Source of the DNA: Macrostomum lignano
Taxonomy: Eukaryota
NCBI GenBank assembly: GCA_002269645.1
Contig: NIVC01000840.1
Coordinates: 1 to 37,871, forward strand
DNA length: 37,871 bases
Direction of reading: 5' to 3'
Shown here piece by piece: positions 1 through 11,249 of this stretch. The notes beneath the pieces were generated by a model. The model was not told where the DNA came from, ran no database searches, and saw only the letters and a list, made by a program, of their open reading frames with translations. Both the position numbers and the translations under genes were made by a program. Position 1 is the stretch's first letter. Every line of letters starts with the position of its first letter.

Positions 1-651
1 AGCACCAAGGGGCGCCAGCACGAGTTTTGTCTATGGTCAAAGCAAAGTTCACGCTATGCAGAAAAAGCGATTAAGAAGCCGTCCTCAATCCGGATATTTT
101 ACGCGTCTAAATCCATGGAATTCAACCTTGCGCCGCATGTACTTTAAGCGAGTTAGCGAATCCCCCATTGAGCTGCTGGGGATGCAGTAAAACTAGTTCT
201 CTTAATCCCTAATCCAATCTCTCAATTTATAATAGACACCGTCAGAAGCTGGGCCATTAATGAGTGCCTGAGATCTGAGAGTGGGTTCTAAAGGAAAGAG
301 GATTAATAGCGTGTTATAAAGGTAAGCCAGAATTAATCAGCACCAGAGGCTGCTGCACTCACCGGTTAGCCGACTCCGATGCGGTTGTTATGCAGGCGGC
401 ACCTGCCAATAAAACGGCCACCAGGTGCACGTACTGAATCATTAATTTGAATTGGCAATCCTGGCCCACCTCAGGAGCTGGCTTTTGGCTTTTAACGCTT
501 GAGGTGCAGGTCAGTTTTTATTGAGGCTCGGAGCGCTGGAAAAACGGCATTAGGAAGTTACCAGTTCGTCATATAAAACAGTTCTGGCTTCCCCAAATTG
601 GAACAATTAAATAAAGTACATTTTGAGCCTCATTTTCTGGGGACTAGGGAG

Positions 652-1296
652 CCTAATTGCCTAATCCTTCTCAGATGGAAGTTTTGACTTCAAAGTCCCC
701 CTAATTTTTTAATCCTTCCCGGATGGAAGTTGTGAATTAAAAGTCGCCTAATTTTCTAATCCTTCCCGCGCGTCCCGGATGGAAGCTGTGGATTCAAATT
801 CGCCTAATTGTCTAATCCTTTCTGGATGGAAGTTGTGAATTCGAGGTCCCCTAATTGCCTAATCCTTCTCGAATGGAAGTTGTGAATTCGATGTCCCCTA
901 ATTGTCTAATCCTTTCCGGATGGAATTTGTGAATTCGAGGTCCCCTAATTGCCTAATCCTTCTCGAATGGAAGTTGTGAATTCGAGGTCCCCTAATTGCC
1001 TAATCCTTCTCGAATGGAAGTTGTGAATTCGATGTCCCCTAATTGCCTAATCCTTCTCGAATGGAAGTTGTGAATTCGAGGTCCCCTAATTGCCTAATCC
1101 TTCTCGAATGGAAGTTGTGAATTCGATGTCCCCTAATTGCCTAATCCTTCTCGGATGGAAGTTGTGAATTCGATGTCCCCTAATTGCCTAATCCTTCTCG
1201 GATGGAAGTTGTGAATTCGATGTCCCCTAATTGTCTAATCCATGATCCATCCCGGATGGAAGCTGTGAATTCAAAGTCCCCCTAATTGTCTAATCT
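652..1296. repeat. 47-bp minisatellite (cctaattgcctaatccttctcgaatggaagttgtgaattcgatgtcc), ~13 copies
   Basis: Directly visible period of 47 (tcgaggtcc at 841, tcgatgtcc at 888); copies degenerate at both ends. Confidence 0.95.
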
Positions 1297-1313
1297 AATC
1301 AAACTTTTTGCAG

Positions 1314-1502
1314 ATGAGACACATCAGACGGCGTGATGTGTCTAGAAATGTCAGGCAGGCGATCGGCTGGTTAATAAACATACAGGTTGAAAGCAATAGT
1401 TTCACTGATAGCCTCGCGAAAATCCAGCCTGTGTTCGTCAGGACTCTCGTATCGAAGCAGCCTCTCTATCCGGCCCTCGAGTCCTTTGAAACTTCACAAT
1501 AG
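1314..1502 (+). CDS. Possible terminal coding exon of an unidentified upstream gene (MRHIRRRDVS...ESFETSQ*)
   Basis: Good acceptor (aactttttgcag, AG at 1312-1313) right after the minisatellite; only phase 0 is open (62 codons). No recognisable domain and no matching upstream exon found. Confidence 0.2.
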   Translation: MRHIRRRDVSRNVRQAIGWLINIQVESNSFTDSLAKIQPVFVRTLVSKQPLYPALESFETSQ

Positions 1503-2061
1503 CAATCAGCCAAGCTCAAGGCTTCTCTTCTCTCCTCTCTTTAATCTAACTTTCTGTATGCTCAAGACCGATAGGAGAAACTAAATTTTCACCTTGAGTT
1601 GTTTACGGATGAATGAACCGATTTTTTTGTACCCCGTGACCGAATTGCTGCTTAATTTATTTCCATTTTTAAGAAAAACTAATTCTCACACGCAGTTGTT
1701 GCAGATTTTGCAAGCAATGCAAGAGAAAACATAGCCTAAGGCAAAATTAGTGAGCGTGTGATTGTGGGAAAAAGACCCTGCTGAACCAGAGGCTACCCGC
1801 TGATCTGAAGTACCAACGCTCTGCAGAGATGCAGAGAGAACGCTCAATTACCCTGCTGTAGCCAAGTATAGCCATAAGAAGTCCTACATAGAAAGACCTA
1901 GAGCACTGGTCTGCATTGCACGTGAAATAATGCCACGTTTTATAAGTAAAGTACATCCAAACTCACGCCTTTTATGGGCTACGTTGGTAAACCCGCAAAC
2001 TTTGAAGATTTGTAATGAGATCAGTGTTTTTGATAAGCACAAGGATTCAATCGTGTCTGAT

Positions 2062-2130
2062 GTCTGTCCGTCTGTCCGTCTGTCTGTCTGTCTGTCTGGT
2101 CTCCGCCCTTGCCGTGTGTCTGTCTGTCTG
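2062..2130. repeat. (GTCY)n microsatellite, possibly part of a Helitron/Helentron-type non-autonomous element
   Basis: gtctgtccgtctgtccgtctgtctgtctg run seen directly; GTCY tracts are a known hallmark of DINE-1/HINE-like elements (element identity is inference). Confidence 0.55.
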
Positions 2131-2453
2131 TTATAGAGGCTCGAAGGGGGTGGCTGGGAGCCCCTCCTATTAAACCGTTCTGCTGGGAAAACAGGAGGAA
2201 AGGGGGTGGAAGAGAGAGCTGGGGCTCAGTTTTTTGTCCAATAAGCACCTCGATAGTTCTCATTGGCTGGAGAAAGGCTATTTTGGTAAACAGTAAGGGA
2301 ACGAACCAACCCACGAACCCTGACAGACGTACGTACGTCTAACTAATCCATGATTACTATGTTGCATTGTGTCGGTGTGAACCATTGGACAAAACTGAAA
2401 GCAGAGATGCAATGGCGAGATGGCCGCTGGGAAAGGATTCAGTCTTTTTAGGA

Positions 2454-4352
2454 CTACAGAGGGGCGCCATCTACAGAGGGGCGCCAGCTACAGAGGGGGC
2501 GCCATCTACAGAGGGGCGCCAGCTACAGAGGGGGCGCCATCTACAGAGGGGCGCCAGCTACAGAGGGGGCGCCATCTACAGAGGGGCGCCAGCTACAGAG
2601 GGGCGCCAGCTACAGAGGGGCGCCAGCTACAGAGGGGCGCCATCTACAGAGGGGCGCCAGCTACAGAGGGGCGCCATCTACAGAGGGGTGCCAGCTACAG
2701 AGGGGCGCCATCTACAGAGGGGCGCCAGCTACAGAGGGGCGCCAGCTACAGAGGGGCGCCAGCTACAGAGGGGCGCCAGCTACAGAGGGGCGCCAGCTAC
2801 AGAGGGGCGCCAGCTACAGAGGGGGCGCCATCTACAGAGGGGGCGCCAGCTACAGAGGGGCGCCAGCTACAGAGGGGCGCCAGCTACAGAGGGGCGCCAG
2901 CTACAGAGGGGCGCCAGCTACAGAGGGGCGCCAGCTACAGAGGGGCGCCAGCTACAGAGGGGCGCCAGCTACAGAGGGGCGCCATCTACAGAGGGGCGCC
3001 AGCTACAGAGGGGCGCCAGCTACAGAGGGGCGCCATCTACAGAGGGGCGCCAGCTACAGAGGGGCGCCAGCTACAGAGGGGCGCCAGCTACAGAGGGGGC
3101 GCCAGCTACAGAGGGGCGCCAGCTACAGAGGGGCGCCAGCTACAGAGGGGGCGCCATCTACAGAGGGGTGCCAGCTACAGAGGGGGCGCCATCTACAGAG
3201 GGGCGCCAGCTACAGAGGGGCGCCAGCTACAGAGGGGGCGCCAGCTACAGAGGGGCGCCAGCTACAGAGGGGCGCCAGCTACAGAGGGCGCCAGCTACAG
3301 AGGGGGCGCCATCTACAGAGGGGCGCCAGCTACAGAGGGGCGCCAGCTACAGAGGGGCGCCAGCTACAGAGGGGCGCCAGCTACAGAGGGGCGCCAGCTA
3401 CAGAGGGGCGCCAGCTACAGAGGGGCGCCAGCTACAGAGGGGCGCCAGCTACAGAGGGGGCGCCATCTACAGAGGGGCGCCAGCTACAGAGGGGCGCCAG
3501 CTACAGAGGGGCGCCATCTACAGAGGGGCGCCAGCTACAGAGGGGCGCCAGCTACAGAGGGGCGCCAGCTACAGAGGGGCGCCAGCTACAGAGGGGCGCC
3601 AGCTACAGAGGGGCGCCAGCTACAGAGGGGCGCCAGCTACAGAGGGGGCGCCATCTACAGAGGGGCGCCAGCTACAGAGGGGGCGCCATCTACGGAAGGG
3701 CGCCAGCTAGAGGGAAAGCTCCAGCTACAGAGGGGGCGCCATCTACAGAGGGGCGCCAGCTACAGAGGGGCGCCAGCTACAGAGGGGCGCCATCTACAGA
3801 GGGGCGCCAGCTACAGAGGGGCGCCATCTACAGATAGGCGCCAGCTACAGAGGGGCGCCAGCTACAGAGGGGCGCCATCTACAGAGGGGCGCCAGCTACA
3901 GAGGGGCGCCATCTACAGAGGGGCGCCAGCTACAGAGGGGCGCCATCTACGGAAGGGCGCCAGCTAGAGGGAAAGCTCCAGCTACAGAGGGGGCGCCATC
4001 TACGGAAGGGCGCCAGCTAGAGGGAAAGCTCCAGCTACAGAGGGGGCGCCATCTACAGAGGGGCGCCAGCTACAGAGGGGGCGCCATCTACAGAGGGGCG
4101 CCAGCTACAGAGGGGGCGCCAGCTACAGAGGGGGCGCCATCTACAGAGGGGCGCCAGCTACAGAGGGGCGCCATCTACAGATAGGCGCCAGCTACAGAGG
4201 GGCGCCAGCTACAGAGGGGCGCCATCTACAGATAGGCGCCAGCTACAGAGGGGCGCCAGCTACAGAGGGGCGCCAGCTACAGAGGGGCGCCAGCTACAGA
4301 GGGGCGCCAGCTACAGAGGGGCGCCAACTACAGAGGGGCGCCAGCTACAGAG
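2454..4352. repeat. 17/18-bp GC-rich minisatellite (ctacagagggg[g]cgcca[g/t]), ~110 copies
   Basis: Directly visible; the unit lacks plus-strand stops, which explains the 447-aa and 515-aa pseudo-ORFs cycling through all three frames. Confidence 0.98.
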
Positions 4353-4871
4353 AAGTCTAAACAATGGTTTGGTAAAATAGTAGATTAGTAGACAACCAAA
4401 GCAGGCGGTATTCACACACTTTTGCAATTGCAACTCGTGGGAAGGTACATGTAGAATAGGCAGTAAGAACTTTAGGTCATGCATGCATGTAAAATGACGC
4501 AGCATTTTCCAACAGAACCTGACAAAAAACTCCGCCACAAAAAGCAGCAATTCTAAGCAATTAGCGATTGCAAGAACTCTTTAAGTAAACTGGAACTTGT
4601 AGAGAGTCTACTATTTAGCATAAGCGCTCCGCCTGTCTGGGTGCAGCTCGAAAGCGAGTCAAAGGCAGCGTTGTAATTCTCTCACTCCGCTCTGCGAATT
4701 TTGCATTGCGGGCTGTACTTTTGGTTTTATCTGTGTAAAAAACTTTTTTAATCATTTTTCAATAAATACTACTTGATAAATGGCTGGACTGCAGTAGAAA
4801 GTAAAGAAACAGCTGAGTAAAATCTATCCACATTTTTATCAAAAACTACAATCCATGGCTAAAAAATTCCA

Positions 4872-5473
4872 TGTACAAAAATCTGTATCGCTTACAGCTG
4901 CCTGTACAAGAATCTGTATAGTTTCCAGCTGCCTGTACAAGAATCTGTATAGCTTCCAGCTACCTGTACAAGAATCTGTACAGTTTCTAGCTACCTGTAC
5001 AAGAATCGGTATAGCTTCCAGCTACTTGTACAAGAATCTGTATAGCTTCCAGCTACCTGTACAAGAATCTGTATAGCTTCCAGCTACATGTACAAGAATC
5101 TGTATAGCTTCCAGCTACCTGTACAAGAATCTGTATAGCTTCCAGCTACCTGTACAAGAATCTGTATAGCTTCCAGCTACCTGTACAAGAATCTGTATAG
5201 CTTCCAGCTACATGTACAAGAATCGGTATAGCTTCCAGCTACATGTACAAGAATCTGTATAGCTTCCAGCTACCTGTACAAGAATCTGTATAGCTTCCAG
5301 CTACATGTACAAGAATCTGTATAGCTTCCAGCTAGCTGTACAAGAATCTGTATAGCTTCCAGCTACCTGTACAAGAATCCGTATAGCTTCCAGCTAGCTG
5401 TACAAGAATCTGTATAGCTTCCAGCTAGCTGTACAAGAATCTGTATAGCTTCCAGCTACCTGTACAAGAATCT
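4872..5473. repeat. 31-bp minisatellite (ctgtacaagaatctgtatagcttccagctac), ~19 copies
   Basis: Period 31 (tgtatagct at 5101 and 5132). Confidence 0.97.
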
Positions 5474-5982
5474 TCTGTGTACAGCACAGAAAAATCAAGA
5501 ATTGGATCAGTATAAAATGACAAAGCTGCTACATGTACATTAGCCTTTTAAACCACCCGGAAGGCAACCTCCCGGATCAGTTTAGCAATGATTAATTCTG
5601 ACGAGTCTGAAAGGTTTCTCAGCCAGCCAACTAGTAAAGGGTGGAAAAATGACTAAATATAGAATTCGAACTACTCGGAGGCATGAGCACAGCAGTTTGC
5701 ACCAATGATGCTATCTTAGATAATAAAAAGCACATAAAACTTTTTTATTTTATCAACTGTAGTCCTTCCTTGAGTCAGTGAACTGGCCTGTGCACACAAG
5801 CTCGAAGCGGCCAATATTAAATATTCTATTTTTAGACACAACACTTGGTACTCAATTCAAATCAGAATGCACATCATTATTTGAGACTCGGTCTATTTAA
5901 ACAGCAGAACACTCTCGCAGTTGCTCAGGTAAATTTAGAAACAAAATTAATTCGTTCTATCGCCATATTTACTAGACAGACA

Positions 5983-8064
5983 ATGCCGAATAACAGCAAA
6001 GAAACTGCTGATAAACTGGTGAATATTGAAGCAAATTTTGCTTGCTGGCAGCCGGCACTTGTTCTGGCATGCGTTGCTTTCATTTGCTCAACCGCAGTGG
6101 CCTCCTACTCGGTGTCCGTTTACATTAACAATCCGATTTTCGGTAGATCACCAGACGAACCGGTAAGATCTGTCACTTACCTGGGTAATAAATCAGATTT
6201 CTATAAGTGAAAATTTTCATCACAGTGAAAACAATTCATTCTAAACCATCATACTTTCGATAGGTCAGCATGCACTTTGTTTTGGATAAGCAAAAATTGA
6301 AGACTTGTGCGCGTTCGGGACTTCGTGTGAAGTATACCGACTTGCCGTGCATGAGATCGGACACTGAGTATTACACTATTGGTGAGGGGATGGGACTGGC
6401 TGCCCCACTTTTGTCTGGTGTGGATATGGTGGCTGTCTTAGAGGGGCTGTTTTAAGCGGGCTGTGGGACTGTGTTTAAGGGGGGTGCTGTAAAGGGGGGC
6501 TGTTTTAAGGGGGCTGTTTTAATGGGGCTGTTTTAATGGGGCTATTTTAATGGGGCTGTTTTAAAGGGGGCTGTTTTAATGGGGCTGTTTTAATGGGGCT
6601 GTTTTAATGGGTTGCTGTTTTAATGGGGCTCTTTTAATGGGGCTGTTTTAATGGGGGCTGTTTTAATGGGGCTGTTTTAATGGGGGGCTGTTTTAATGGG
6701 GCTGTTTTAAAGGGGGGCTGTTTTAATGGGGCTGTTTTAATGGGGCTGTTTTAATGGGGCTGTTTTAATGGGGGGCTGTTTTAATGGGGCTGTTTTAAAG
6801 GGGGGCTGTTTTAATGGGGCTTTTTTAATGGGGGCTGTTTTAATGGGGCTGTTTTAATGGGGCTGTTTTAATGGGGGCTGTTTTAATGGGGCTGTTTTAA
6901 TGGGGCTGTTTTAATGGGGCTGTTTTAATAGGGCTGTTTTAATGGGGCTGTTTTAATGGGGCTGTTTTAATGGGGTGCTGTTTTAATGGGGCTGTTTTAA
7001 TGGGGCTGTTTTAATGGGGCTGTTTTAATGGGGCTGTTTTAATGGGGCTGTTTTAATGGGGCTGTTTTAATGGGGCTGTTTTAATGGGGCTGTTTTAATG
7101 GGGGCTGTTTTAATGGGGCTGTTTTAATGGGGCTGTTTTAATGGGGCTGTTTTAAAGGGGGGCTGTTTTAATGGGGCTGTTTTAAGGGGATGTTTTAATG
7201 GGGCTGTTTTAAAGGGGGGCTGTTTTAATGGGGCTGTTTTAAGGGATGTTTTAAGGGGGCTGTTTTAAAGGGCGGCTGTTTTAGTGGGACTGTGTTTAAG
7301 GGGGGTGCTGTAAAGGGGGGGCTATTCTAGGAGGCTGTCTTAGAGGGGTTGCTTTAGGGGTGGTGTTTAGGGGGTGGTGTTTTAGGGGGGGGGACTTTCT
7401 TAGGGGGACTCACCATAAAACACGACATCATTAAACGCCAAACAGACGGATGCCTCGGACCCGTAGTCTGCCGAGACGAGTGCCAGTCGGACTCATCGCG
7501 CACAGTCGGCTGCCGTTGCCATGACAATGCCGGAGGTTTTAACTTGACCGGAAATTCGGGCAGCGTCGGATTAAATATGGGAGGTGTTTATCTGATTTAT
7601 GCCCAGGTAAGTGAGTTATCGATTTCTCAGTCAGTGGAATCCTGACCCCAGAGGAACCCCAGTCAGGGGAATCCCAGTCAGGGAAATCCCAGGCAGGGGA
7701 ATCTCAGTCGGGGGAATCCCACTCCGGGGAATTCCAGTTAGGAGAATCCCAGTCAAGAGCATTCCAGTCAGTGGAACGTTAATGTTGAACGTTGAACTTG
7801 GCAAATGATTTATCCCCAAACCAGGTCAGCTTTCGAGATTCCGAGTCCAGCCCAGTTGCCGTGTCGCTGCAGGTGAACGGCAAGCACACTTCGGCCCAGT
7901 GTCATCAGGCGAACTCGATGTCCAACGGCTCATACTGCGTCATCAATAGTCAAAGACGATTCAAAGTAGGCGATCGAGTGGCCGTGCACTCACCTGAGGC
8001 CTTCAGAGTTGTCAACGCAGATAGCGCAGTCACGTTCTGGGGACTGGTGCGCCTGTCTGACTGA
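5983..8064 (+). CDS. TNF-superfamily ligand (EDA/eiger/BAFF-like, EF-disulfide type), type II membrane protein, ~246 aa; join(5983..6162,6264..6381,7404..7606,7825..8064)
   Basis: All introns GT-AG with matching phases (0,1,0): ccg|gtaaga, ttcgatag|gtc, attg|gtgagg, ctttcttag|gg (alternative in-phase acceptor at 7445), cag|gtaagt, aaaccag|gtc. Exon 1 has a hydrophobic signal-anchor (ALVLACVAFICSTAVASYSV). Splicing creates the TNF signature GVYLIYAQ|VSF; C-terminus has KVGDRVAV and TFWGLVRL; strand A PVSMHF; Cys pair in AQC and SYC. Confidence 0.85.
6495..7285. repeat. 14-bp minisatellite (ggggctgttttaat), ~55 copies, inside intron 2 of the TNF ligand
   Basis: Directly visible; lies between donor 6382 and acceptor 7403. 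Confidence 0.97.
7651..7765. repeat. Degenerate 15-bp tandem array (agtcaGGGGAATCCC-like), 8 units, inside intron 3 of the TNF ligand; units match the NF-kB consensus
   Basis: 10-mers start at 7651, 7666, 7681, 7696, 7711, 7726, 7741, 7756; four match GGGRNWYYCC exactly. The repeat is seen; regulatory function is not shown. Confidence 0.8.
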
Positions 8065-8789
8065 CATCCTTAACAAGCGTACAAATTATTTTTGATAGCC
8101 TAGCTAGCTTGTCGCTCGAACATGAACTTTTAACGGACATGTAAATCATAGTTTTTTAGTTTGTCATTTAATGTATTTTTCTCATATAGGATTGCCATGT
8201 TTATAAAGAATAAGGTTAACCAAAGAAACTTGTACATAACTGATAAGTATTAAGTTTTTAGCTGATGCAGAAACTGCAAGAAATGACCTCGAATTCACCT
8301 GTGTAAAAGAGGATATGATATGAAAACAGAAAACGTCAATATGCCAATACTGTCTGTATGCAGGCACACACTCACACACGCTCATACAGGGTGTACAAGA
8401 TTGGACGTCACCATTCTTCATGAAACGCCACATGCCATCGAACTGCTACACTTTGTCTATCTGGATATATCGACATTATATTATATAGTATAGCTCGTAC
8501 ACAAGCTGTTGAAACCCGCGGATTTTGAACCCGGGGAATTCCAATCCCCGGAACTACTTTTGCATGTATTCTGAAATCTAAGGCCATACACAAACAAAAA
8601 CTTGTTAATAGTTAGTAGGATAGAGGTAGACATAAAATGGAGCACATTCGTGTAAAATTAGGGTTTGAGGCAAACGTTGATATTGTTGGCTGGGGTACTC
8701 CGCAGAATGCCAGGAAATGTCTGTCTGACTCTAAAACATGTGTTGGCAAACTCTGGCCTCTCCCTGACTCTCCCTATGTCCCTTGTATC

Positions 8790-9261
8790 CTTTAAAATTT
8801 CTATCGTCTCTTCTGTTTCCTTTCTTCTCTCTCGTCCCTCGTCTCTCCTCTCTCCTCTCTCTTCTCTCCTCTCTTCTCTCGTATCTTCCTTCATCTCTCT
8901 TCTCTTTCATCTCTCTTATTTCATCTCTTCCCTATTCTTTTCTCTCTCCACTCCTCTCTCCTTTCTACTTTTCGTTTTCTCTCTGCTCTCCTCTCTCCTC
9001 TCTACTTTTTCGTTTTCTCTCTCCTCTCCTCTCTCCCCCTCTTCTCTCGTCTCTTCCTTCTCCTCTCTATTCTTTTCTCTTATCTCTTAACTCTCTCCTC
9101 TACTCTCTCATCTCTCCTCTCTACTCTTTCCTTTCTCTCTCCTCTCTCCCCTTTTCTCTCGTCTCTTTCCTCACCTCTCTTCTCTCTCGTCTGCTCTTTC
9201 ATTTCTCCTTTCTCTTCCTTTATCTTTTCTCTCTTATCTCTTCTCGTTTCTCTCTGCTCTG

Positions 9262-9337
<76 letters not shown>

Positions 9338-10165
9338 TCTCTCCCATCTCTTTTCTCCTCTCTACTCTCTCCCCTCTTCATTCTCCTATTTCCTCTTCTC
9401 TCTCCCTGTCTCTCCTCTCTCCTCTAGTCTCTGTAATCTCTTCTCTCTTATCTTTCCTCTGTTCTCTCTACTCCCATCTCTCGTCTGTTCATTTGCTCTC
9501 TCATCTGTCATCTTTACTCTCTTATACGTTCTCTCACTTATCTCCTCTGTACTCGTCCCTTTCACCTCTTCTGACTCCTTTTTTCTTTACTCCTCTCTTC
9601 TTTTCTCTTCCCTCTTCTATACTCTCTCTCCTCTATTATCTTCTCTCGTCTCTCTGCACTCTCCTCTCACCTTTTTCATCTCTCATCTTTACTCTCTCAT
9701 CTCTCCTTTCATCTGTCTCATCTCTTTCCTCTCTCCTCCTCTTCCCTTTACTCTCTCATCTCTCCTTTCTCCCCTCTTCTTACACCCCTCTCTTATCACT
9801 ATCTCTTCTCTTCTCACTCCTCTCCCCCCATCTTATCTCCTCTCTTCTCTATCCTTTCTACTCTCTCCTTTCTAATCTCTCCACTCCTCTTGACCCTCTG
9901 TCATCTTCTTTCTGCTCTCTCATCTCTACTCTCTTTTCACTCTTCTCTACTCTCCTCTCATCGATCCTCTGTCTCATCTCTCCCCTCTTCTAACCTTACT
10001 CTTTCCTCTCCCTCCTTTCTCCCCTCTTCTCGCTTCTTCCTCCCTTCTTCTCTGCTCTCTCCTCACCACTTGTCTCTCCTCTTATATTCCATGTTTTCTC
10101 ATATCCCCCTCTCGCCTCTCCTCTCTTCTAATAGTCTATTCCTTCTCCTTTCCACTCTCATCTGG
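8790..10165. repeat. ~1.4-kb CT-rich low-complexity polypyrimidine tract including a pure (CT)n run at ~9268-9330
   Basis: Directly visible; source of the Leu/Ser/Phe-only ORFs. Confidence 0.97.
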
Positions 10166-11249
10166 CCTGAACATAAGCTGGATTCTTTATCTGGCTTCTG
10201 AAGTAAAAATCTACCCATTCCTGCTTGGAAAGCCAGTTTGTGGGACGTAGTAGTACTCTCATTTCTGTTCTCATGCTTTGATCACGTCATCTTTCTTGCC
10301 AATTTGCAGTCCTGAAAGGAATTTGTGTATTTTCAGCTCCACTGCAGTCTGCATCAGTCTAACAACCAAGGAAATACGCATTTCTTAGGAGGACATTTAA
10401 AATTTAAGGTACTTTTAAGAGAAACTTAAAATTTCCATGGTGTGCCTAATTTAGTAGGGTTGTATTGCATTGCATCACCTTTTCATAAATCTTTCGCTTT
10501 CACAAACCATGCCAGATTGCCTTGATTTGCCAATTGCCATCCACTGTTAAACTGCTGCAGAGTTTGCCAATACAGAGGTGAGGGCAGTGGTTAGAATTTC
10601 TCACTAAACTGTTGTGGCTAAACGTAGCCTCCACGGAGGTGCAAAGAAGGATATAAAGAAAGCTATTCCAAAACACTGTACATTTGTTATGTACATTCAG
10701 TCCTATCGCCTGACCCTTGGTCTGGCTCTGGGGGAATGAGTGAGTGAGTGAGTGGCACAAACAACAGAAAAAGCAGACAAACTTCACATGCTTACAGTTT
10801 CTGCTCTGAATGAGTTACAGAGTTGTAACTTTACATTTAGACAGAGAATGAGTCAATGAAGAATTTTGTCAAGATCAAAGTCAATCGCTTCACGTGGAGC
10901 AAACTTATGGCAGCCGAAAGTTAGTCAATTTTTAAACCCCTTTTACACATCTGGGCCCAGATCGGGAAAGAGAGGCAGGCGGACGGAGGTTGGGGTGGCT
11001 GTCTCGCTGAAAAAACAGCCTAACTTTAAAAGTGCACAGCGCCGTTCAAAATTGAGTTTGAGACTTGAAATAGTACACGATTGTGCCAAAATAGTTGAAG
11101 ATTGTCTGTGTCAAATTTGAAGAGAATCGGTAGAAGTGGAGCGGCGCTACGAAGGATTAAGTAAAAAAACGCGCATTTTGAGCAGTTTTTTGCACTTTTA
11201 GGTAGGAAGACTCAAATTTAAGAAATGTAAAAGTAGCCTAAGACATTCT

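Noticed and set aside
652-1296. Possible CRISPR-like or telomeric array (palindromic ttcc...ggaa, CCCTAA)
   Set aside because: Units are contiguous with no unique spacers, context is eukaryotic, and CCCTAA is not tandem.
2367-3967. 447-aa and 515-aa ORFs (RGASYRGAPATEGRQLQ repeats), superficially an RGG/adhesive repeat protein
   Set aside because: A 17-bp unit without stops opens all three frames; frequent 1-bp unit-length changes shuffle the peptide; no signal peptide or unique domain.
2454-4352. CTCF- or YY1-like motifs (AGGGGGCGCC, GGCGCCATCT) in the 17-bp unit
   Set aside because: Only half of the CTCF consensus matches and only in some variants; expected in any GC-rich unit.
5593-5625. 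ctgacgag...gaaa resembling a hammerhead ribozyme core
   Set aside because: No stem II between the conserved boxes and the flanks (ttaatt / tcagcc) cannot form stem I.
7611-7819. RGIPV-repeat ORFs suggesting a collagen stalk as in ectodysplasin
   Set aside because: Not Gly-X-Y periodic, ends in a stop, and lies between a strong donor (7607) and acceptor (7824) whose joining restores the TNF signature.
8658-10201. Leu/Ser/Phe-rich ORFs mimicking multi-pass membrane proteins
   Set aside because: Translation of CT low-complexity DNA.
8340-10790. Scattered splice-like signals suggesting another gene around the CT tract (e.g. GFEANVDIVGWG at 8661, minus acceptor near 10311)
   Set aside because: No phase-consistent exon chain could be assembled; candidate exons hit stops or lack donors.
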